Source: Candidatus Dadabacteria bacterium
Lineage (GTDB): Bacteria; Desulfobacterota_D; UBA1144; Nemesobacterales; Nemesobacteraceae
Length of the DNA stretch: 64,000 nt
Assembly (NCBI GenBank): GCA_951812735.1
Contig: OX638332.1
Coordinates: forward strand, 85,042 to 149,041
Direction of reading: 5' to 3'
Each line of letters starts with the position of its first letter. The first letter of the stretch is position 1. This document shows, one piece after another, positions 47,051 to 57,562 of the stretch. Below the pieces are notes generated by a model. It had not been told where the DNA came from. It saw nothing but the letters and a program-made list of their open reading frames with translations, and ran no database searches. The position numbers and the translations under genes are program-made.

Positions 47051-50000
47051 ATGCCACGTATCTTCGACAACATCAAACAGAATCTCCGCCCTGCGCTAGC
47101 AGAAACCATGGAGGTCTCCGACCGCGCGGACTTCTGCGTGGGGTATTTCAACCTGCGCGGCTGGCGAACAATTGACAGATATGTCGAGAAATGGGAAGGA
47201 GGAGAAGGTCACTGCTGCCGTCTCCTAGTCGGCATGCAACGTCTTCCTCAGGAAGAGTTGAGAATCGTAAAAAGTCTCTCGACAGACGAAGGGCAAATGG
47301 ACAACCAGACGGCGTTACGACTTAAAACCAGACTGGCGGAGGAATTTCGAGAGCAACTGACAATCGGCGCACCCAGCAACGAGGACGAGGCGGGTCTCCG
47401 AAGGCTGGCCAACCAGATCAGGGCAAAGAAGGTCGTCGTCAAGCTCTTTCTCAAGCATGCGCTTCACGCCAAGCTCTACCTGCTGTTCCGGCCGGATCCC
47501 GTCAATCCATCGGTTGGCTATCTGGGAAGCAGCAACCTTACCCTGTCCGGTCTTTGCAATCAAGGCGAACTGAACATCGATGTTTTGGATCATGACGCCT
47601 GTCAAAAGCTTGCAAAGTGGTTTGAAGATCGCTGGAACGACCATTGGTGCGTAGATATTTCTGATGAACTCGTCCGGGTCATTGATGAGAGCTGGGCCAG
47701 GGAAGAACCGGTCCCACCATTTCATATCTACGTCAAGATCGCCTACCACTTGTCGCAGGAAGCACGGGCTGGTTTGAGCGAATTTCGTATTCCCAAGGAT
47801 TTTGGCGACAAGCTTCTCGATTTCCAGACGGCTGCCGTGAAGATTGCAGCGCATCATCTCAACAGGCGTGGCGGCGTCATTATCGGAGATGTTGTCGGAC
47901 TCGGCAAAACACTCATGGCCACCGCATTGGCCCGCGTTTTCGAGGACGATCACGGCCTGGAAACACTGATCATCTGCCCGAAAAATCTCGTCCCCATGTG
48001 GGAAGACTACCGAGAGCAGTACCGTATGCGCGCTCGCGTACTCTCAATAAGTCGCGTGACTACGGAACTCCCGAACATACGTCGCTATCGGCTCGTTATT
48101 CTCGACGAAAGCCACAACCTTAGGAACCGTGAAGGCAAAAGATACAGAGCCCTTCAGGAATATATAAGGAAAAACGACAGCAAGTGCATTCTGCTATCGG
48201 CAACGCCCTATAACAAGACGTATCTGGACCTCTCAAGCCAGCTCCGTTTGTTCGTGTCAGAAGACGAAGACTTGGGGATTAGACCTGAGAGAGCGATGCA
48301 GGAAATCGGCGAAACCGAATTCATCCGCCGATTTCAGGCCCCTGTTCGTTCCCTGGCGGCGTTTGATAAATCAGAACATGCCGACGACTGGCGGGAACTC
48401 ATGCGTTTGTACTTGGTACGCAGGACCCGAAGCTTCATCCAGAACAACTATGCTGTCACTGATCCGGAGAACGGGAGAAAATATCTTACGTTTGACGACG
48501 GTACCCGATCTTACTTTCCGGTTCGCATCCCCAGAACAGTTCGTTTTGATATAGACGAACAGTATTCCAAGCTGTTTGCAGAGGATGTGGTAGACACGAT
48601 CAACGGACTGGAGCTACCGCGCTACGGGTTGGGGAATTTCGTAATACCTAATCACTTAGATTACCCCCTCCCCGTACCACCAACGCTAGATGAGGCCAAG
48701 GTTCTTGAAGACTTATCACGCGCCGGCAAGCGCCTCATGGGGTTCTGCCGGACCAATCTCTTCAAGCGTCTCGAAAGCAGCGGCCACGCATTCCTCCTTT
48801 CGGTAGAACGGCATGTTTTGCGAAACTTCATCTATATCCACGCCATTGAAAACGAAAAAGCGCTTCCGATCGGAGCGACTGACGCGGGACTCTTAGATTC
48901 TCACTCCTACGACGAAGACTCTGAAAGCGCCATCGGCGATATCTTCGACGATGGCGACAAAAGTGGGGACGGAGAAGCAGTCACAACCGCATTATTACGA
49001 ACGGAAGATGACTTCCGAAGATGCGCCGCGGAAGCCTATGGGCTCTACGCAGATCAGTACAAGAGACAATTTCACTGGCTGGGTTCGCATCATTTCGTAA
49101 AAGATTTGGAGAAGGATCTTAGGGCCGACTCCGCGGCCTTACTCAAACTGCTGGATCGATTTGGCAGTTGGGACGTCTCAAGAGACGCCAAACTCGGCGC
49201 GCTGCATCAGGTGCTTGCCAAAGAACACCCCAACGAAAAGATTTTAGTCTTCACGCAGTTTGCCGATACGGTGCGCTATCTGGAGGATCAGCTGAAGACT
49301 CGCGGGGTCAAAAGGATGTCCGCCGTTACGGGAGGCTCGGCCGACCCGACAAGGCTTGCCTGGCGGTTCAGCCCCAGAAGCAACGAGAAAAGAGGCCACG
49401 TCTCGCCCGAGGAAGAACTGCGGGTGCTAGTGGCCACGGATGTGCTAAGCGAAGGGCAGAACCTGCAGGATTGCGCAATTGTCATAAATTACGACCTGCC
49501 GTGGGCCATTATCCGTTTGATTCAAAGAGCTGGTCGCGTGGACCGTATAGGTCAGCAAGCCCAAGACATTCTTTGCTATTCCTTCCTTCCTGCCGACGGA
49601 ATTGAGCGTCTGATCCGGCTTCGCGCGCGCGTCCAGACACGTCTCCATCAAAATGCCGAGGTGGTCGGAACTGACGAGGCTTTTTTCGAAGATGAAAGCA
49701 AGCAGGTCATTCTTGATCTTTATAACGAGCGGACTGGAATCCTCGATGACGATGACGAGACCGAAGTTGATCTTTCTTCCTACGCCTATCAGATCTGGAA
49801 AAATGCGACAACCGCTGACCCCTCCCTGAAAAAAAAGATCGAAGACATGCCGTCTGTCGTCTACTCATCAAAGCCCTACGAACAGAAGCCTGATCGATCC
49901 GATGGGGTTTTGGTCTACATGAGAACGACGCAGGGATACGACGCTCTTGTCTGGATGGACCGCAGCGGCGCAAGCATTACAGAAAGCCAATTCGAAATTC

Positions 50001-50434
50001 TCCGGGCGGCGCGATGTCAACAGGGCACGCCTGCCCTGCCGCGCCACAAAACCCACCACCAACTTGTGCGGAAGGCAGCGGAATTCATATCTCACGAAGA
50101 AAAACAGATTGGCGGACAACTTGGTCGTCCTTCAGGCGCACGATTTCGCACTTATGAGCGGTTAAAGAACTATTCTGAGAGGGTCAAAGATACGTTGTTT
50201 TACACTAGGCCATTGCTAAGAGCGATCAACGACATTTACCGCTATCCCTTGCTCCCGACCTCGGTAACCACTCTGAACCGCCAGTTGCGAAGCGGCATCT
50301 CAGACGAAGCCCTCGCCAAATTAGTTACCGAACTGCGAAACGAAGAGCGGCTTTGCGTCATTCATGAAGAAGACGAAGGCCGGGAACCGCAAATCATCTG
50401 TTCGCTGGGTCTGATCGGCCGGGAGAGAGATTGA
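47051..50434 (+). CDS. PLD-nuclease / SNF2-type SF2 helicase fusion
   Basis: HAKLY...GSSNLT (PLD), DVVGLGKT (Walker A), LDESH, LSATP, LSEGQNLQ and QRAGRVDR. Confidence 0.9.
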   Translation: MPRIFDNIKQNLRPALAETMEVSDRADFCVGYFNLRGWRTIDRYVEKWEGGEGHCCRLLVGMQRLPQEELRIVKSLSTDEGQMDNQTALRLKTRLAEEFREQLTIGAPSNEDEAGLRRLANQIRAKKVVVKLFLKHALHAKLYLLFRPDPVNPSVGYLGSSNLTLSGLCNQGELNIDVLDHDACQKLAKWFEDRWNDHWCVDISDELVRVIDESWAREEPVPPFHIYVKIAYHLSQEARAGLSEFRIPKDFGDKLLDFQTAAVKIAAHHLNRRGGVIIGDVVGLGKTLMATALARVFEDDHGLETLIICPKNLVPMWEDYREQYRMRARVLSISRVTTELPNIRRYRLVILDESHNLRNREGKRYRALQEYIRKNDSKCILLSATPYNKTYLDLSSQLRLFVSEDEDLGIRPERAMQEIGETEFIRRFQAPVRSLAAFDKSEHADDWRELMRLYLVRRTRSFIQNNYAVTDPENGRKYLTFDDGTRSYFPVRIPRTVRFDIDEQYSKLFAEDVVDTINGLELPRYGLGNFVIPNHLDYPLPVPPTLDEAKVLEDLSRAGKRLMGFCRTNLFKRLESSGHAFLLSVERHVLRNFIYIHAIENEKALPIGATDAGLLDSHSYDEDSESAIGDIFDDGDKSGDGEAVTTALLRTEDDFRRCAAEAYGLYADQYKRQFHWLGSHHFVKDLEKDLRADSAALLKLLDRFGSWDVSRDAKLGALHQVLAKEHPNEKILVFTQFADTVRYLEDQLKTRGVKRMSAVTGGSADPTRLAWRFSPRSNEKRGHVSPEEELRVLVATDVLSEGQNLQDCAIVINYDLPWAIIRLIQRAGRVDRIGQQAQDILCYSFLPADGIERLIRLRARVQTRLHQNAEVVGTDEAFFEDESKQVILDLYNERTGILDDDDETEVDLSSYAYQIWKNATTADPSLKKKIEDMPSVVYSSKPYEQKPDRSDGVLVYMRTTQGYDALVWMDRSGASITESQFEILRAARCQQGTPALPRHKTHHQLVRKAAEFISHEEKQIGGQLGRPSGARFRTYERLKNYSERVKDTLFYTRPLLRAINDIYRYPLLPTSVTTLNRQLRSGISDEALAKLVTELRNEERLCVIHEEDEGREPQIICSLGLIGRERD

Positions 50435-50436
50435 AA

Positions 50437-53400
50437 ATGCTGACTGCCCTTGACAGGAAGAAGGTCAGAAGACATCTGGAGAATTTCGATCTTCAGGCGC
50501 TTTTCATCAAAGAACTTGGTTTTGATTACGGGGGTGTCGATGTGGAAGTCCCAGTATCCGACAGTTCGTTTTCCCTCAAGGCTGTCGCCCACAAACGTGG
50601 CATGGTCGTCTACCAATACGTTGCCGCCTCGAACGCGGCATTTCCGGATTATTCCACGCGCCAGAAGGTCGAGAAATTCATCGCCAAAACCGTCCGCGAA
50701 CACGTAATTGTCTACGTAACCCACGACAAAGACATCCAGCACTGGCAGTGGGTAAAACGTGAGCAAGGACAGCCAGATCGAAACCGTCTTCACATTTATC
50801 ATCGAGATCAACCCGGGGAGTCACTGATTCAGAAACTGGAGCGCCTAGTGTTTACACTGGAAGAGGAAGAAGACCTCACAATAGTAGATGTTTCAGGTCG
50901 AGTGCGCGCGGCCTTTGACATGGAGAATGTCACCAAAAGATTCTACGACCGCTTTAAAAAGGAACACGATACCTTCTTGGCCTTAATCGACGGCATCCAG
51001 GTTTTGGCCAACCGGGAATGGTACGCATCTCTTATGCTTAACCGGATGATGTTCATCTACTTCATCCAGAAGCGCAACTTCCTTGACGACGACCCCGACT
51101 ACCTGCGTAACCGCTTGAAGCGTATGAAAAAAGACCATGGCAAAGACCGTTTCCAAACGTTTTATCGCCTGTTCCTACTGCGCCTGTTCCATGAGGGACT
51201 GAACCAGCCTGTGGACAACCGCGCTCCTGGGCTAATAAACCTGCTGGGCAGGGTTCCCTACCTAAACGGGGGCCTATTTGAGTTACATGACCTTGAACGC
51301 AATAATGAAAACATTCACATCCCCGATGAGGCGTTCCAGCGGATATTTGATTTCTTTGACGCCTATCAATGGCATTTAGACGATAACCCGCTTCACGACG
51401 ACAATGAGATCAATCCCGACGTACTGGGCTACATCTTCGAGAAATACATCAACCAGAAGCAGATGGGCGCTTACTACACAAAGGAAGACATCACTGGATA
51501 CATCAGCCGTAACACCGTCATACCCTTCCTGTTTGATCAGGCGAAAAAAGAATGCCCCATAGCTTTCAGTCCCGACGGTGGGATCTGGCGTCTCCTGTCT
51601 GACGATCCGGATCGGTACTTTTATGAATCGGTCCGCCACGGTATTACCTATGACATTAATGAGAAACGGGATATTTCTGAGAAGCGCGAGCTTCCAGCGG
51701 ATATCGCCGCTGGTCTGCACGATATTTCGAAACGCGGTGGATGGAATAGTGCGGCCCCTGCCAAATACGCCCTACCGACCGAGACTTGGCGTGAACACAT
51801 CGCCCGCCGTCAGCGTTACGAGGAAGTTCGAGCAAAGCTTGTCACCGGTGAGGTCGTGTCGATTAATGACCTCGTCACTTATAATCTTGATATTGAAAAG
51901 TTCACTCAGGATGTGATCGCGTGGAGTGAAGGGCCGGAATTGATCCGCGCTTTCTGGAAAGCAATTATTAATGTCTCTGTCCTTGATCCGACTTGTGGTT
52001 CCGGCGCATTCCTGTTCGCAACGCTCAATATTCTGGAACCCATCTACATGACTTGCTTGGAGGTCATGGGGGAATTCCTCGACGATCTGAAGCGTTCTGG
52101 ACGCAACCACCATCCAGAAACCATGGGCGACTTCCACAGGTTGCTTAAGGATGTCGGGGCGCACGCCAACGAACGCTATTTCATCCTCAAGTCTATAATC
52201 GTCCACAATCTCTACGGAGTTGATATCATGGAAGAGGCAGTGGAAATCTGCAAACTGCGCCTGTTTCTAAAGCTGGTCGCACAGTTGGAGAGTTATGATC
52301 AGATCGAGCCACTGCCGGACATTGATTTCAACATTCGCGCCGGCAACACCTTAGTCGGCTTCTCATCTTTGGAAGAAGTAAAACGGTCGCTATCCGCAAA
52401 CATGGTCAAGCAACTGGCCCTTCCCAAAATCGAAGAGAGGGCAGAGATTGTCGACCGTGCATTCCGCAAGTTCCGCGAGATGCAAACCAGCCACGGCATG
52501 GATGCCAGCACGTTTGCCAATGCCAAATCGGAGCTACGAGAACGGCTTGATGACCTGCGGGCAGAGTTGAACCATTATCTGGCGGACGAGTATGGCATTA
52601 AGACTAGCGACGAAGAGGTTTATGGACAATGGTGTTCCGGCCACCAGCCCTTCCATTGGTTCGTTGAATTCCACGCCATTATGCACAACGGTGGTTTTGA
52701 CGTGCTCATCGGAAATCCACCATATGTTCCCATCAAGGAAATCCCCTACAGTATCCTTGGGCCCGCAACGGAGAAATTCCCCGACATTTACGGCCATATC
52801 GTGTCAAAATCTCTAGCGCTTACAATACCTGACGGACGATGCGGAATGATTATACCCTTGTCCGTTACATTTAGTCGTGACTTCAGTGCGCTTCGAAAGA
52901 ATCTGTGCGATTGGGGAGTCAGTTGGTTCTCATCCTACGACAACATACCGGCTGCGTTGTTTGCAGGTGTCAGTCAGCGTTGCACAATTTGGGTTGGACG
53001 CAATTCAGACACTGGAATTTTTCTTGCTCCACTGTACCGATGGCGTGCTTCCTACCGCTCATGTCTTTTGACAAATCTAGCCTATGTTCCAATGAAAAAT
53101 CTAAATCTTGGGGAACTAGGACTACCAAAAATTACGGGTCTACCAGAGATAGCCGTATTACGTGCAATCTCATCAATAAAGACAAAAAAGTATCGAACAG
53201 CCATGTCGGGAGGCAGAGGGTATAAGGTATATCTTGGTTTTTCACAGGCTGCACGGAACTTTATCTCTGTGTTTCTTGAAGACCCGCCGTGCCTTGACTC
53301 CACATCACTGGACATTGTGGCTCCATCGAAAATAGGACGCATAGCCTTTGCGAATGACACAGACACATGCGCGGCATTAGCCGCAACAGCAGGAGAACTC

Positions 53401-53910
53401 TATTTCTGGTATTGGCTCGTTCGTGGAGATGGTTTCGATGTCACTACTTGGGTGGTTCGTGATTTCCTTGAAATTTTAGATTTTCTTCCCCCAGAGCACT
53501 ATGAATTTCTTATTGAACTTGGACGTATGCTTCACTCTGAGCGTAACAGATGGTTAGTGTTCAAGAAAAACGCAGGGCGGTATGTCGGGAATTTTAACTA
53601 CAGAGGAGCTTTCAGAATTACGAGGAGAGCGGACCTGCTAATCCTTGATGCACTGTCTCGTAATCGAGAAGAAGCACTCGCCATCTTTGACTATGTACAA
53701 CGGGTGTTAGCAATCAACGAATACGCTGGAGAAAAAAGAATACCCGCGAGCGTAAAGGCTAAGTTTGCCGTTAATCAGATGGAAACGGATGAAAACGAAC
53801 ATCTCTTTTCAAAAATTGATTCCAAGTTGTCAGAAAAGTTTTTCTTCACAGAGCGAGATATGGCTTTTGTTGCTAACCACGATGTGAATTTGAGCGTCAA
53901 TGATGAGTAG
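50437..53910 (+). CDS. Large N6-adenine DNA methyltransferase (Eco57I-like, gamma class) with C-terminal target-recognition region
   Basis: PYLNGGLF, LGYIFE, GAYYT, LDPTCGSGAF (motif I), LYGVDI and GNPPY (motif IV). Start abuts the helicase stop (TTG 50431 or ATG 50437). Confidence 0.9.
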   Translation: MLTALDRKKVRRHLENFDLQALFIKELGFDYGGVDVEVPVSDSSFSLKAVAHKRGMVVYQYVAASNAAFPDYSTRQKVEKFIAKTVREHVIVYVTHDKDIQHWQWVKREQGQPDRNRLHIYHRDQPGESLIQKLERLVFTLEEEEDLTIVDVSGRVRAAFDMENVTKRFYDRFKKEHDTFLALIDGIQVLANREWYASLMLNRMMFIYFIQKRNFLDDDPDYLRNRLKRMKKDHGKDRFQTFYRLFLLRLFHEGLNQPVDNRAPGLINLLGRVPYLNGGLFELHDLERNNENIHIPDEAFQRIFDFFDAYQWHLDDNPLHDDNEINPDVLGYIFEKYINQKQMGAYYTKEDITGYISRNTVIPFLFDQAKKECPIAFSPDGGIWRLLSDDPDRYFYESVRHGITYDINEKRDISEKRELPADIAAGLHDISKRGGWNSAAPAKYALPTETWREHIARRQRYEEVRAKLVTGEVVSINDLVTYNLDIEKFTQDVIAWSEGPELIRAFWKAIINVSVLDPTCGSGAFLFATLNILEPIYMTCLEVMGEFLDDLKRSGRNHHPETMGDFHRLLKDVGAHANERYFILKSIIVHNLYGVDIMEEAVEICKLRLFLKLVAQLESYDQIEPLPDIDFNIRAGNTLVGFSSLEEVKRSLSANMVKQLALPKIEERAEIVDRAFRKFREMQTSHGMDASTFANAKSELRERLDDLRAELNHYLADEYGIKTSDEEVYGQWCSGHQPFHWFVEFHAIMHNGGFDVLIGNPPYVPIKEIPYSILGPATEKFPDIYGHIVSKSLALTIPDGRCGMIIPLSVTFSRDFSALRKNLCDWGVSWFSSYDNIPAALFAGVSQRCTIWVGRNSDTGIFLAPLYRWRASYRSCLLTNLAYVPMKNLNLGELGLPKITGLPEIAVLRAISSIKTKKYRTAMSGGRGYKVYLGFSQAARNFISVFLEDPPCLDSTSLDIVAPSKIGRIAFANDTDTCAALAATAGELYFWYWLVRGDGFDVTTWVVRDFLEILDFLPPEHYEFLIELGRMLHSERNRWLVFKKNAGRYVGNFNYRGAFRITRRADLLILDALSRNREEALAIFDYVQRVLAINEYAGEKRIPASVKAKFAVNQMETDENEHLFSKIDSKLSEKFFFTERDMAFVANHDVNLSVNDE

Positions 53911-54202
53911 AAGGTGTGGATTTGGTCGTGCCGAAGTTGTTAATCACCGGTTCCGAAAATTACTATCGGGCAGCATTGCCCACCTACTGGCCTCAGAGCG
54001 ATGTCTAAACGAAAATTCATCCAACAGACATAACCCGTTATGAATAATATGGGTATATATACCAAAAAAAATGATTGAATTTCAGGAAATTACGATAATA
54101 ACTTAACTTGATTTCTACCGATATTTTCTATCCCTTATTTTACTCTGAAACCTTGACATGGCCCTTTTGATGATTAGCTTGAGAATTGGAGGTACATGTT
54201 AG

Positions 54203-55063
54203 ATGCAAACGGCAGTTGCCACATGCGATTCTCTTTCCGTTTTCATGCGAGAGATGGAAAAACATCCGCTTCTCTCAAAAGAGGAAGAGTACGCGCTTGC
54301 GGTCAGGTATTACGAAAACGAAGATCTTGAAGCGGCCAACAAGCTTGTGGTGTCAAACCTCAGGTTCGTGGTGAGAATCGCTTCTGAATACAGATCTTAC
54401 GGTTTTCCGATGATGGACCTTGTTCAGGAAGGTTCGATAGGACTGATGCGCGCCGTTCAGAAATTCAACCCCTACAAGGGGTACAGGCTTATATCCTATG
54501 CTGTCTGGTGGATCAGGGTAAGGATCCAGAATCACATAATGAAGTTCTGGAGCAACGTTAAGATCGGAACAACACAGTCCCAGAGAAAGCTTTTCCAGAG
54601 GATAGAAGGGGCAAAGCGAAAACTCGGGATAACCGCCGCCAGCATGGAAGATGACGATATAAGCCGTCTGGCCGACCATTTCGGCGTCAAGGAAGAGGAA
54701 ATCTCAGAGATGCAGGCCCGCGCTTCCAAAAGAGATCTCTCCCTCTCGGAGCGTCCCGCAGGGGACGACTCCTCGGCTACTTACGGGGAACTGCTCCCTG
54801 ACCCGTCGGATAACCAGGAGCAGATGCTCGGTGAACTCGGGTTCGACAGCCTTGCCAGGGAGAATCTGCGCGAAGCTCTCGAGACGCTTTCCGCAAGGCA
54901 GAGAAAAGTGATAAACGAGAGGTATTTCACCGAATCTCCAAGAAAACTCCACGAAATAGCCCGGGATCTCGGGGTTTCCCAGGAGAGGGTAAGGCAGATA
55001 CAGGCCGAATCCATAGGGAAACTCAGGGCACACATGGCCGAAAAACTAGAAATTCACCCGTAA
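54203..55063 (+). CDS. rpoH: RNA polymerase sigma-32 (RpoH-like) factor
   Basis: LVVSNLRFVV, DLVQEG.IGLM.AV and YAVWWI; RpoH-box-like VKIGTTQSQRKLF; region 4 LGVSQERVRQI. Confidence 0.85.
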   Translation: MQTAVATCDSLSVFMREMEKHPLLSKEEEYALAVRYYENEDLEAANKLVVSNLRFVVRIASEYRSYGFPMMDLVQEGSIGLMRAVQKFNPYKGYRLISYAVWWIRVRIQNHIMKFWSNVKIGTTQSQRKLFQRIEGAKRKLGITAASMEDDDISRLADHFGVKEEEISEMQARASKRDLSLSERPAGDDSSATYGELLPDPSDNQEQMLGELGFDSLARENLREALETLSARQRKVINERYFTESPRKLHEIARDLGVSQERVRQIQAESIGKLRAHMAEKLEIHP

Positions 55064-55089
55064 CAAGAAGAAAACCCAGGAGGAATTAA

Positions 55090-57009
55090 ATGGCTTCTAA
55101 GATAATAGGAATAGACCTTGGAACGACTAACTCATGCGTTGCCATCGTTGAGGGCGGCGAACCGAAAGTAATAATCAACGAAGAAGGCACTAGAACCACC
55201 CCGTCGGTGGTCGCGTTTCTAAAGGGCGGAGACGAGGTTCTGGTCGGCGGACCGGCGAAGCGCCAGGCCGTGGCCAACCCCGAGAACACCGTCTACTCTA
55301 CCAAAAGGCTTATGGGCAGGAGGTTTGAGGAAATATCGAGCGAAGCTGACAGCCTTGCCTACAAGGTAGTGAAATCAGGCAAGTCAGACGCTTGGGTCGA
55401 GGTCGAGGGAAAAGAATATTCTCCCCCGCAGGTCTCAGCGCACGTGCTCACGAAGCTCAAGAAGGCTGCCGAGGATTATCTGGGTTCAGAAGTCCAAGAA
55501 GCCGTTATCACCGTCCCCGCGTATTTTAACGACAGCCAGCGCCAGGCAACGAAAGACGCTGGAAAGATAGCCGGTCTTGACGTAAAGCGCATAATAAACG
55601 AGCCGACCGCGGCGGCTTTGGCCTACGGGTTTGACAAGAAAAAAGAGGGAATGATAGTGGTCTATGACCTTGGGGGCGGAACTTTCGACGTGTCGGTGCT
55701 CGAGGTCGGAAACAACGTCATAGAGGTTAAGTCAACAAACGGCGATACCCACCTCGGCGGAGACGATTTTGACAAGAGGGTCATCGATTACATCGTTTCT
55801 GAATTCAAGAAGGATTCCGGGATAGACCTAGGGAATGACAAAATGGCCGTGCAGAGGCTGAGAGAGGCCGCAGAGAAAGCCAAAATCGAGCTTTCAAACA
55901 CTGTCGAGACGGAAGTAAACCTGCCGTTTATAACGGCTGATGCAAGCGGTCCCAAGCACTTGGTGCTTAAGATAACGCGCTCCAAGTTCGAGCAGCTGAT
56001 AGAGGATCTCGTAAAAGGCACTCTCAAGCCCTGCGAGCAGGCCCTTAGGGATGCGGGGCTTCGCCCAGGCGAGATAGCCGAGGTAATACTGGTCGGCGGA
56101 TCGACCAGGATTCCGCTTGTGCAGAAAGTTGTTACTGACTTTTTCGCAAAAGAGCCGAGCAGGGGAATAAACCCCGACGAGGTGGTTGCCATGGGGGCCG
56201 CCATACAGGCGGGCGTGCTTGGAGGAGACGTGACCGACATGCTTCTCCTCGACGTGATACCACTCTCATTGGGTATAGAAACCCTTGGAGGGGTGATGAC
56301 CACCATAATCGAGAGAAACACGACTATCCCCACCAAGAAAAGCCAGGTTTTCACCACGGCCGAGGACAACCAAAGCTCGGTTGAGATCCATGTGCTGCAG
56401 GGAGAAAGACAGATGGCGGCCGACAACAGGACGCTTGCCAGATTCATCCTGTCGGGCATTCCTGCGGCGGCTAGGGGAATTCCCCAAATAGAAGTGACTT
56501 TTGACACCGATGCCGACGGAATACTCCATGTGTCCGCGAAGGACAACGCGACCCAGAAAGAGCAGAAGGTAAAGGTCGAGGCCTCAAGCGGGCTAAGCAG
56601 CGATGAGATTGACTCTATGGTCGAGGACGCCGAGAAGATGTCCGAGAAGGACAAGGAAAAAAGCGAGCAGGTTCAGAAGAGAAACCAGCTTGACGAGCTT
56701 GTCTACAGGACCGACAAGAGTTTTCAGGAACTTGGCGACGGCCTCTCCGAGGATGAGAAAAAGGATCTTGAGCAGGCCCTTGAGGAAGGAAGGGAAGCCC
56801 TTAAGTCGGATGACCTGGGCAAAATAGACCTAGCGACGGAGAAAATAACCGCTGTCTCTCACAAGCTTGCGGAACTGATGTACAAAAAACAGCAGGAAGA
56901 AGCCTCTGCGGGTGCCGGGGAGAGCGGGGAGGAGGGTCAAACCTCCGAGCAGGGAAATTCCACCTCGGGCGACGACGTTATAGACGCCGAGTTTACCGAG
57001 CAGAAATAA
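55090..57009 (+). CDS. dnaK: Chaperone DnaK (Hsp70)
   Basis: [25 protein letters not shown] and C-terminal DDVIDAEF. Confidence 0.99.
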   Translation: MASKIIGIDLGTTNSCVAIVEGGEPKVIINEEGTRTTPSVVAFLKGGDEVLVGGPAKRQAVANPENTVYSTKRLMGRRFEEISSEADSLAYKVVKSGKSDAWVEVEGKEYSPPQVSAHVLTKLKKAAEDYLGSEVQEAVITVPAYFNDSQRQATKDAGKIAGLDVKRIINEPTAAALAYGFDKKKEGMIVVYDLGGGTFDVSVLEVGNNVIEVKSTNGDTHLGGDDFDKRVIDYIVSEFKKDSGIDLGNDKMAVQRLREAAEKAKIELSNTVETEVNLPFITADASGPKHLVLKITRSKFEQLIEDLVKGTLKPCEQALRDAGLRPGEIAEVILVGGSTRIPLVQKVVTDFFAKEPSRGINPDEVVAMGAAIQAGVLGGDVTDMLLLDVIPLSLGIETLGGVMTTIIERNTTIPTKKSQVFTTAEDNQSSVEIHVLQGERQMAADNRTLARFILSGIPAAARGIPQIEVTFDTDADGILHVSAKDNATQKEQKVKVEASSGLSSDEIDSMVEDAEKMSEKDKEKSEQVQKRNQLDELVYRTDKSFQELGDGLSEDEKKDLEQALEEGREALKSDDLGKIDLATEKITAVSHKLAELMYKKQQEEASAGAGESGEEGQTSEQGNSTSGDDVIDAEFTEQK

Positions 57010-57075
57010 GCCCCGCAGGTTTGCGAATCTTACCCGGTTTTTCACAAGTACAACTTTTAAGTCTTTTTGCCTTGT

Positions 57076-57111
57076 CTACTTCACCTTAGATGGCTTCTTA
57101 GGGTGAAGTAG
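57076..57111. terminator. Hairpin between convergent dnaK and PIN genes
   Basis: CTACTTCACCTTA-N10-TAGGGTGAAGTAG, a 13-bp stem with one G-U pair. Confidence 0.6.
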
Positions 57112-57157
57112 TAGTTCGTTTTTGAGCTTGAGATGAGGTGTGTCCCCACAAGTGCAT

Positions 57158-57562
57158 TCATGAAGCGGTAACAACTTTAAGTCCTGAGATACCTTCAAAG
57201 TGTTTAGCATTATGAGTAACTAAAACCATTGCATGACGGACGGCACAGGCAGCTATCCATGCATCATTGGGGGAAATTGACCTTCCGTCTTTCTCCCTTT
57301 CCGCAACCAGCTGACCGTAACAACGGGCAACTTCATTGTCATATGGAATTATGACGAAATTCCGCAATGTTGCTTCAAGTCTTTTTCGCCTCTTCTCACC
57401 CCAGCTAGCTTTCTCTGCGCCGAAGTAAAGTTCTCCAACCGTGATAAAAGTGATAGCTAACAATCGTCCTTCTAAGAAAGGCTCGTACATCTCGGCTAGT
57501 CGGCCGCCCTTCATAAGATAGGAGACAATGTTTGTATCAAGGATGCTTTTGTCATCACTCAC
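57158..57562 (-). CDS. PIN-domain (VapC-like) nuclease
   Basis: ILDTNIVS, ITVGELY.G, NDAWIAACA and LVTHN..HF. Confidence 0.9.
   Translation of the reverse strand: MSDDKSILDTNIVSYLMKGGRLAEMYEPFLEGRLLAITFITVGELYFGAEKASWGEKRRKRLEATLRNFVIIPYDNEVARCYGQLVAEREKDGRSISPNDAWIAACAVRHAMVLVTHNAKHFEGISGLKVVTAS

Noticed and set aside
53925-53940. GTGCCGAAGT matching the tRNA-Leu acceptor region as a possible att site
   Set aside because: Only 10 bp, 40 kb from the tRNA with core genes in between, and no integrase present.
54025-54050. CATAA-CCCG-TTATG as a dif-like site
   Set aside because: The spacer is 4 nt rather than 6, and the outer arms do not match the XerC/XerD consensus.
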